Source: Octopus bimaculoides (Eukaryota). Taken from it: 57,635 bases of DNA. Position numbers and translations under genes: made by a program. A model generated the notes under the pieces. That model worked only from the letters and a program-made list of their open reading frames with translations, searched no databases and was not told the DNA's origin. The stretch spans positions 78,961,576 through 79,019,210 of the forward strand of contig NC_068989.1 in the NCBI RefSeq assembly GCF_001194135.2, read 5' to 3'. This document shows positions 49,393-57,635 of this stretch, piece by piece. Every line of letters starts with the position of its first letter. Within the stretch, counting starts at the first letter, position 1.

Positions 49393-50022
49393 TCTTGTCC
49401 CAAACAACTCTTGTACCAACCTTTTCCAATACAGTTTTTAAATCTCGAAGTTACCTTGTATTCTTATTGACTGCAAGTCTTCGATTATTCTCAAAGATTT
49501 TATTCCTTCATTTGTAAACATTTTCGCAAATTGTACACAGGTAATTGTTGGCCAAAGATGCACGAAATAGCACCATACTTCAAATAATTAACGGAATATT
49601 ATCGATATTTTCTTCTTTGATTAATCATTTCTACGCGTTAAAAATGAAGAGTAACTGAAAAATATCGAAAATGAAATATTTCGTATTTATTTACAGAAAA
49701 TAAATAATTTTTTAACAGTAAAAATAGTATTAATAGGAAAGAATAGTTTTAAAAAAGAGTTGCAAATAAAGTTGAAGCAATAAAACAAAACATTAATATG
49801 TTTTGCTTCCAATTTAATAAATATTATTCATTCAAAGCGTGATATTTACTGAGTTAGATTAAAATTAAACAAATCGTAAACATTAGATCTTGACATATCA
49901 TCAATCATATTTTCAGCTCTCTGGTAACACAACGTCCTATTCACATTCTAATTTTTTTTTTTATATGTTTTAAAATAAAAGTATTGCCCCTGGTTTAAAT
50001 ATTTTATTTCATCATAAACGAG

Positions 50023-50630
50023 TAGAGGCGTGGCTGTGTGGTAAGAAGAGCTGGCAGAATCGTTAGCAGGCCGGGCGAAATGTTTAGCAGTATTTCGTCT
50101 GCCGTTACGTTCTGAGTTCAAATTCCGCCGAGGTCGACTTTGCCTTTCATCCTTTCGGGGTCGATAAATTAAATACCAGTTACGCACTGGGTCGATGTAA
50201 TCGACTTAATCCCATTGTCTGTCCTTGTTAGTCCCCTCTATGTTTAGCCCCTTGTAGGCAATAAAGAAATAAGAAGCTTGCTTCCCAACCAGAAGGTTCC
50301 GGGTTCAGTCTCAGTGGGAGGCACCTTGAGAAAAGTGTCTTCTACTATGGCCTTGGGCCGACTAGTGGATTTGGTAGACGGAAACTGAAAGAAGCTCACG
50401 GTATTTGTGTGTGTGTTATTGTTTCTGTGTTTGTCCCCCATCACCACTTGACAACCGGTGTTGGTGTGTTTATGACCCTGTTACTTAACAGTTCAACAAA
50501 AGAGAACAATAGAATAAGTACCTGGCTTTTAAAAATAAACCCCGGGGTCGATTTATTTAATTAAAATTTCTTCAAGGCGGTGCCCCAGCATGGCTGCACT
50601 CTAATGACTGAAACAAGTAAAAGATAAAAA
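50023..50630 (+). mobile_element. Family B SINE interrupted by a family D SINE (50049-50269)
   Basis: 7-bp TSD TAAGAAG at 50042-50048 and 50270-50276. The family B head resumes with cttgcttcccaacc. Confidence 0.9.
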
Positions 50631-52084
50631 ATATTTTAAAAAAGGAAGCATGAAATCTCTAAACGCGCAGCACTCGATTTCCCTGTAAAATCCGAATGGA
50701 AGTGCTGCTACTCAGATTAAGGACTAATGTGGTAGACAAACCTACCAGTTTATCAGAAGGAGAATTGTCTTTCAAGAGACAGAAGTATCGTTCCAATAAA
50801 CATGCAAATAAAAAGCAAACATAAATAAATAAATAAATAATCCATTCTACGACAGGTATAAGGCCTGAAATTTTGGAGAAAGGGGTTAGTCAGTTACAGC
50901 GACCCCACTCCTTGACTTTTAACTTTTTTTTATATGCGGTTTTTGAACTCAGCCGGAAGAAATACCGCAATGCATTTTGTACGGCACGGTAACGATTTTG
51001 CCAGCTCGGTGGCTTAATAATCCATTTTACTATAGGCAAAAGCTTGTAATTTTGGGGTTGAGGGCTAGTCGATTACATCGACCCAAGTTCTCAACTGGTA
51101 CTTCTTTCATCGACACCGAGAGGATGAAAGACAAAATCGACCTTGGCTGAATTTGAACTCAGAAGGTAAAGGGTTGTAAGAAATACCGCAATGTATTTTT
51201 TTTTAATCTTTTACGACGTTCTAACGATTCTGCCAGTTCGCCAATAAAAACGATAAGACGTTGGATATTGAAAAACGGGCAAACACATCACAGCTTATTA
51301 CAGATGCAAGTCAGAATCACAGTGTTGTTTTCTTTGTGTTTCAGAAAATGTCAAAAATATACAGACATGCCTTGCGGACAGATATACTTACATTGGACTC
51401 AAGGTATTTTCAAAACATTAAAATGAATATTTCTTCCTACTCAACCGACCAATGAATGAAAGATAGTTCAGAAGAGTTATGAGGAAGTGAGGAAGTGCTC
51501 TTGGCATATTTCATTCTTCAAAGAAAAACAAAATAGCTTTTTGCTTTTGTTGTTTGATATTTTCACAAAATTCTTTGGAACTTTGGAACAAGAAAATAGA
51601 TTCGATCATAGGAAAGCACCCTGGAGGCTTCGCATCCATGAAAAAAAATCAGACACATATCGATATTGCTTCACCTTATGGAAAGAAGGCGAAAGAAAAA
51701 TTTTAGAAAATTGCGGCATCATAAGCAGAAAGTATCAAGGTCGAGCTGCATCAGAAACATAAATAGTGAGGTATTCTTCCATATAATTCTCCATTGTTAC
51801 GAAACATTTTGCCACAGCCGTTTTTGGCGTCGTTAATTCGATGCTGACTTATTTGCACTTTCCCTTGCTTCTCTCTTTTTCTCTCTCCTTCCCCCCTCTC
51901 TCTCTCTCTTCGAGTGTGTGAACATATTTTTCTTTATGCATATGAAGAGAGGGATGGTGTTTATGTAAATTGTGTTCACTAGGAGTGCCATAAACAGGAA
52001 GAGGAAGGAAATCTGGGTGTATTTTTAAGATTGTAAAAAGCAAACCTGGATCCTGTGAAGAAAGAACCTCTTTGCAATGTGGGG

Positions 52085-52495
52085 AAAGAATCCCAGAAAT
52101 ATGCGCTGTGATGGTTGTATTAAGACGCTAGCTTTGCAAACACGCGGTTTCGGGTACAGTTCTACTGGGTGGCACATGAGGCAAATGTTTTCTACACAGC
52201 CCCGGGCCGCCGAATGCCTTGTAAGTAGATTTGCTTGAAAGAAACTGTTTGGAAACTCGAAACATGTGTGTGCGTGTGTGTATGTGTGTGCGTGCGTGTG
52301 TTTTTGTGCTTGTGTATCCCACCCCTCCCCGCTTGACAACCATTGTTACTCTGTTTACGTCTCCGTAACTTAGCAGTTCAGCGAAAGAAACCGGTAGAAT
52401 AAGTGCAAGGTTTGTGCGACTAAACCCATCAAGGTTGTACCCCAGCATGGCCGCAGTCCAGTGACTGAAACAAGTAAACGATAAGAGATATTTAT
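52085..52495 (+). mobile_element. Family B SINE, diverged, inside the hAT relic
   Basis: Head, microsatellite and tail are colinear with other family B copies. Confidence 0.8.
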
Positions 52496-54029
52496 CTTCG
52501 CTTGTGTCGAATTAATGTATTCGGTTAATTGCGTCTATCTTTGTTAGAAATCGTAATATAGCATTCGTAAAGTCAAATGTCTTTTCGACTCTTGTTTGAT
52601 TCAACTCCAGATAAAATAAATTGATTGCAAATGACAGAAACAGTTCGATATGTTTTATATTGATTAAAAGAAAACATTATATACATATATGTATATATAT
52701 ATAAGTCTATTCTTGAATGATTAAGTAAGCAATCGATTAGTTAGTAGGTTAAATAACTAACCAATTGACAAATGATTAAGAAGTGAATCTGAATCCGTGC
52801 TTATACTTATTGTTGGTGCAATGATCCTCCCGAGATACACTAATATCTGTTTCAACACACGGGTTCCTGTCACGAATCTTGCAAACCAAATACAAATACG
52901 AAATATCCCATTTTTGAATTTATCTAATTTAGATAAAAAGAATAACGAAATTATGGCGGAAGTAATTTTTGAGCCCCTTGCAAAATACATAATGTTATTA
53001 GAAGATCGCCGGCCTCAGTGCTATGACAATGCTGTGGTTCTAACTGGTTATAGGACTGGTGTTCAACAGAGAATTAAAGAAATTGCAAAGCTATTTTTGT
53101 AAAGTGCGATAATCATTTTCTCAATTTGGTTGGAGTGCCTCCTACCACGATGTTGTATATTGATAGCAACTTTCTTGCTAGAATTCTATCATTTCATTTC
53201 TTCTTTTCCTGTTCAACTGTTATTTAGCAAAAGCTGGAAGATACCAGATCAATAGTTATGAAATCTAGATGAGGTTCCAGAACGGAGACTATGACGCCAG
53301 TTTATAGTTTTTTTGTTCTTTTATATTACAGTAGAACTGTTACAAAACATGGTTGAAGAAAAAAAATTCAAACTGTTTTATTTAAAAGATAATGCAAAGC
53401 AGGGGACCGAATCAGATTTTTAATTTCAGCTTTTAGTTTTGCGTGGATCCCAGGGAATGAAAGTTCTTAATTCTGATTGACCGTTTTCTAAATCGACTCC
53501 AAGATCTCACTATGAACTTTAATGATACTGTTTGTGTTTTTAAAAGAGTTTTTTTTTTCTTTTTTTTTCAAGATTATTTTTTAAGCAATCAAGAATCATT
53601 GATCGGGGAATCATTTGAAGCCGGATTAAAACTATGTGATGAATGAGAAAGAAGAAACAAACTAGAATACAGCGAAAAAAAAAGAGATAAAGACGATACT
53701 GAAAGAAATTATCGAATATCTCTATAATGAAACCGAAGAAAGATTTGTCTGTTTCTATGACTCAGATACAAAATTTGAATATTTTGTTTTTTAGACACTA
53801 GAGGGTTAATTTTGGACTCAAATAAATGTTACGGTATTCATAATGTATCGTATTTGATAACGCATAAAGCGACATTTCCCCACCAGAAAATGTTTCAAAA
53901 ACATCACCCCTTGAAGTTAGACTTATATTACATGCTTCAATGCATTAAAAGCTTGTTTTCGGAATAAACACTGCTGAAATTAGGCAGCATCTAACATGCC
54001 CGTGCAGATTTTACGCTATCAAATATGGT

Positions 54030-54467
54030 GTGGTGGTACTCTGTCGGTTATGACGTCGAGGGTTCCAGTTGATCCGATCAACGGAACAGCCTGCTCGTGA
54101 AATTAACGTGCAAGTGGCTGAGCACTCCACAGACACGTGTACCCTTAACATAGTTCTCGGGGATATTCAGCGTGATATAGTGTGATAAGGCTGACCCTTT
54201 GAATTACAGGCACAACAGAAACAGGAAGTAAGAGTGAGAGAAAATTGTGGTGAAAGAGTANNNNNNNNNNGAAACAGGAAGTAAGAGTGAGAGAAAATTG
54301 TGGTGAAAGAGTACAGCAGGGTTCGCCACCATCCCCTGCCGGAGCCTCGTGGAGCTTTTAGGTGTTTTTGCTCAATAAACACTCACAACGTCCGGTCTGG
54401 GAATCGAAACCGCGATCCTATGACCGCGAGTCCGCTGCCCTAACCACTGGGCCATTGCGCCTCCACA
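54030..54467 (-). mobile_element. Family C SINE with a 13-bp TSD
   Basis: TSD tatcaaatatggt at 54017-54029 and 54468-54480. It contains a 10-N gap with an artefactual duplication of about 43 bp. Confidence 0.93.
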
Positions 54468-55134
54468 TATCAAATATGGTAAGCATCTTAAAAACGTCTC
54501 AGCCTTGGACGGTTTTATAGCACTGATATAGACTGGACAGATTTGTGCTTTATGAAGAAATCTTGGAATTCTTCATTAAGAACAAAGATTGCTTCAGTTG
54601 GTTCTGATAAAGTCCCCCAAACATTTGGATTTCTAAGATTGAACAACTTCTCAAGTTTCTTGTGCAATATGAAAATGATAATACTTTATCCAAATTAGCT
54701 ATTTTGATTGTATACAACCAGCTGTCACTTGCGAGCAAAAATGGCTGGGTAACGTACCATGCTTTCGTTAATTGTTTTAAATGTCTATGTAGTCGCTACA
54801 GACATAGATACCTCCACAGGCCCTTCACCATTTGATCCAGAGGAACATTCAAGACGTGACAGGAGAAGAGGAAAAGAGAGAAAGAGATAAACAGACAGAC
54901 AGATTGACAGTTACAGACAATTTGACTGGCCTCTGAACAGTTTCCTGACTTTATCAGAAAAATTAATGGAATGATGTGATATTTATGCTTATACTAAGAG
55001 TCACCATTGTAAAATATTTTATGCTTTTATATGAATTGTTTCTGTAGTCGGTGGTTAGTCCTAGGTCAGACCTTTTCGAATTCATCTATGATATTAATTG
55101 TGTCGACTTTGATCATTCCGATTAGTTATTTACT

Positions 55135-55439
55135 TCCAAGAATAGCATATTTACAACTACACTTCCCAATGTTTACAACTACACTTCCCAAGAAAAGCAT
55201 ATTTACAACTACATTTCCCAATGTTTACAACTACACTTCCCAAGAAAAGCATATTTACAACTACACTTCCCAATGTTTACAACTACACTTCCCAAGAATA
55301 GCATATTTACAACTACACTTCCCAAGAATAGCATATTTACAACTACACTTCCCAATGTTTAAAACTACACTTCCCAAGAATAGCATATTTACAACTACAC
55401 TTCCCAAGAAAAGCATATTTACAACTACACTTCTCAATG
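55135..55439 (+). repeat. Two-variant minisatellite: 11 copies of TTTACAACTACACTTCCCAA, each followed by TG or GAAWAGCATA
   Basis: Units parsed directly from 55150. The order of short (22 bp) and long (30 bp) units is S,L,S,L,S,L,L,S,L,L,S. Confidence 0.95.
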
Positions 55440-55599
55440 TCTCCTATTTTTTTAAGATAGTATTCTGTGTTATGAGGTAGACATAGCTATTACTTTTATG
55501 AGATCGAGCGCCAACGTAAAGGTTTTCTCGTAGGTTTATCTAAGAGTTGATTTTAGTTGTATTCATTTATGCCTATTAGCAATAGCAGTAGAAGAGAAA

Positions 55600-56030
55600 G
55601 GCAGTGAGCTGGCAGAGACGTTAGCACACCGGGCGAAATGCTTAGCGGTATTTGGTCTCTCTTTACGTTCTGAGTTCAAATTCCGCCGAGGTCGACTTTG
55701 CCTTTCATCATTTCGGGGTCGATAAATTAAGTACCAGTTACGCACTGGAGTCGATGTAATCGACTTAATCCCTTTATCTGTCCTTGTTTGTCCCCTCTGT
55801 TTAGCCCCTCGTGGGCAATAAAAAAACAAGAAACATTAGCACGCCGGGCGAAATGCTTAGCGGTATTTCGCCTGTCTTTATGTTCTGAGTTCAAATTCCG
55901 CCGAGGTCTACTTTGCCTTTCATCCTTTCGAGGTCGATAAATTAAGTACCAGTTGCGTATTGGGGTCAATCTAATCGACTGGCCTCTCCTCCCAAAATTT
56001 CGTGCTTTATGCCTTGAGTAGAAAAGAATA
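55600..56030 (+). mobile_element. Head-to-tail family D dimer: tail variant 1 copy followed by a tail variant 2 copy
   Basis: First copy at 55600-55834. The second starts attagcacgccggg at 55835 and ends ...gccttgagtagaaaagaata. Confidence 0.85.
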
Positions 56031-56394
56031 ACAGTGGGAGAGAAGCATCAGTATAATTTACTATTTTTCTTTTTATAATCTTAGGTGGGTAACACAATCC
56101 ATCTAGTGATACAATGTACTTAAAAAAAAAAGATATAATAATTCACTGAGTCTAATTCAGGATCGGATTAAGGTCAGTTGTTGCTCTAGGCCCAGCCTCG
56201 CAATGGCATCCTGCTCGATCCTTCCTTTGTCAAATAGACGAAACATTAAGATATCATAAATGCTCTAAATGTAAAATAATAGATTTAAAATATAGTTTTT
56301 TTTAAAAGTAAACCCGGGCTAGACTTCACAACTATATCAAATACAATCGGTGTCATTTTTAATACTATTTAACCCTAAATAGTAGCAACCAGTG

Positions 56395-56870
56395 TCTATA
56401 TAATAATTGGCTGGTTCGTTCGCCCATTCTACTTTAGTTAGTTGGAAAGGTGGATGTGGAGTGAGTGAGAGGTGGAGTAAAAGTGAGATAGAGAGGAGGG
56501 AAGAAATCAAGAATACACTAGGGCCAAATGTATCACGTGGTTAGTTGAAGGGAAAGGCGAAGAGTGAGAGAAAAAGACGGTGAGAGAAAAGTAGGAGAGA
56601 GAAGCGTTAATGACATGCTGTAGGATGGGGAGGGAAAAGTGAAGAGAAATAGAAAAATGTTAAAGACATGAAGACATGTTTAAAAGGTTTATTGAAAAGG
56701 TAGAGAGAAATATAAAGTAATTAATAGAGGGAAATTTTAAAATCATACAATATATTATTGTGACTAGAAGTGAAATAACTTACCAAAATAAAAATAAAAA
56801 TCATCCTTTTTTTCTTAAATGGCTTCTCTTAATTTTTTTCGCTCTGTGGAATTTCCACAGGTCCCGCTAG
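56395..56870 (+). mobile_element. Non-autonomous Helitron candidate
   Basis: 5' TCTATATAAT at 56395; purine-rich interior; hairpin ctgtggaatttccacag (56844-56860); CTAG at 56867-70 followed by T. The base before the 5' TC is G rather than the usual A. Confidence 0.6.
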
Positions 56871-57554
56871 TATGTAAATTATTTACATAAAACCACAGCA
56901 ACAGAAAAAAAAAAATGCAAATTTTCCAACACTTTTTATTCATTTGAAAGGAAATTTTAATTCATCATTTGTATCGTAGTGAATCCTGAACCAGAAGAAA
57001 AACGAACTCTACGTGAGTAGTGTCATCTCTTGGTGTTCTAACCACGTTCTAAAATCGTTTAATGGTTAATCCGTTCCTCGTCGTTTCTAAGTATTCCTTT
57101 CTTCGAGAAGAAATCCCGGTGGCCTGGCTTTGGTTAGGATGGATCTTAGTTTGCTTACTTGCTAGGAAGTGACCCACGCCTTGTGGTCTCGAAGACAACC
57201 TCTGCGACATACGTGAAATGCGATACGCAGGAACAGGGAACAAAACTGCTACGGACTGCCATCAGTCCCAAGTATTGCTTGACCTGTGCCTTCATAGTCT
57301 GTCTGTGTAGCTTTGCCATCCTTCTGGCATCTTTTAACAAGATGCTATCTTGTCACGTATAATTAATTCTGGAAAATGAGAAAGAAAGCAAAAAAATTAA
57401 AAGAAATTCCCGTACTTAACTGTTACTTTATGTATCGTTCTCGAAAGGATGATAATACAACGTTGAGATTTAAACTCAGACCGCAAAGATCCAGAACGAA
57501 CATTGCAAGACAGCCTATCCGACGGTCTAAAGGCTCTGCCAGTTTGCTGAATTT

Positions 57555-57635
<81 letters not shown>

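Larger units (their letters stand above)
51260..54760 (+). mobile_element. Highly decayed hAT transposase gene (TTF-type zinc finger / DUF4371-like / C-terminal dimerisation region), interrupted by SINEs
   Basis: Segments occur in the expected order: HSSKKNKIAFCFCCLIFS (about 51510); RLRIHEKKSDTYRYCFTLWKEGERK (about 51630); DRRPQCYDNAVVLTGYRTGVQQRIKEI then AIFVKCDNHFLNLVGV (53000-53140); EQLLKFLVQY...KLAILIVYNQLSLAS (about 54640-54740). Confidence 0.75.

Noticed and set aside
54221-54313. Tandem duplication inside the family C SINE
   Set aside because: The two copies flank a 10-N gap and other family C copies have only one, so it is a contig-overlap artefact.
3646-54467. tRNA genes at SINE heads
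   Set aside because: A and B boxes are present, but the cloverleaves are incomplete and run into SINE bodies.
55031-55480. 149-aa repetitive ORF
   Set aside because: Produced by the minisatellite, and the 22-bp units shift frame. The regular array is also not CRISPR: spacers are only two fixed variants, there are no cas genes, and the DNA is eukaryotic.
57010-57355. Possible BEL/Pao gag or other retroelement relic on the minus strand (QVSKLRSILTK...PLNDFRTWLEHQE)
   Set aside because: The resemblance is weak, there are several stops and no diagnostic motif; not supportable without a profile search.
3921-57594. Dozens of ORFs rich in CVCV, YIYI, HTHT, NNN, III or MMM
   Set aside because: They are translations of (CA)n, (TA)n, (AAT)n, (GAT)n and (GATA)n microsatellites, which lack stops in several frames.

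Overview
AT-rich, repeat-saturated animal genomic DNA with seven N-gaps. It is most likely an octopus draft assembly; this is inferred from the SINE repertoire, the microsatellite load and the (TTAGGG)n repeats. Only one host coding exon is supportable: the first coding exon of an NKCC-type cation-chloride cotransporter (SLC12A1/2/3 family) on the minus strand at 38905-38453. It carries an RFxV SPAK/OSR1 docking motif and the TFGxNT phospho-regulatory motif. No downstream SLC12 exon is visible, so 1-38.4 kb is probably one very large intron. The rest is transposon debris: mariner and DD37D/maT elements, a 3.5 kb hAT relic, RTE and Dong/R4 LINE pieces, Penelope-like relics, Helitron/Helentron-type non-autonomous elements, and several short-retroposon families labelled A-G here (my labels). 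The best leads are: (1) a repeated 5S rRNA-linker-tRNA composite SINE head at 32.7-33.3 kb; (2) three Penelope-type minimal hammerhead ribozyme motifs, two of them 386 nt apart within or beside a nested fold-back; (3) a two-variant minisatellite made of 11 ACTACAnnTCCCA (ZNF143/Staf-like) motifs; (4) small fold-back elements carrying telomeric repeats; (5) SINE tail swapping that tracks target choice; and (6) an apparent CpG-decay boundary near 31.4 kb. Almost all ORFs in the supplied track are microsatellite, gap or repeat artefacts. Repeat boundaries were read by eye and are approximate unless a TSD or TIR is quoted.
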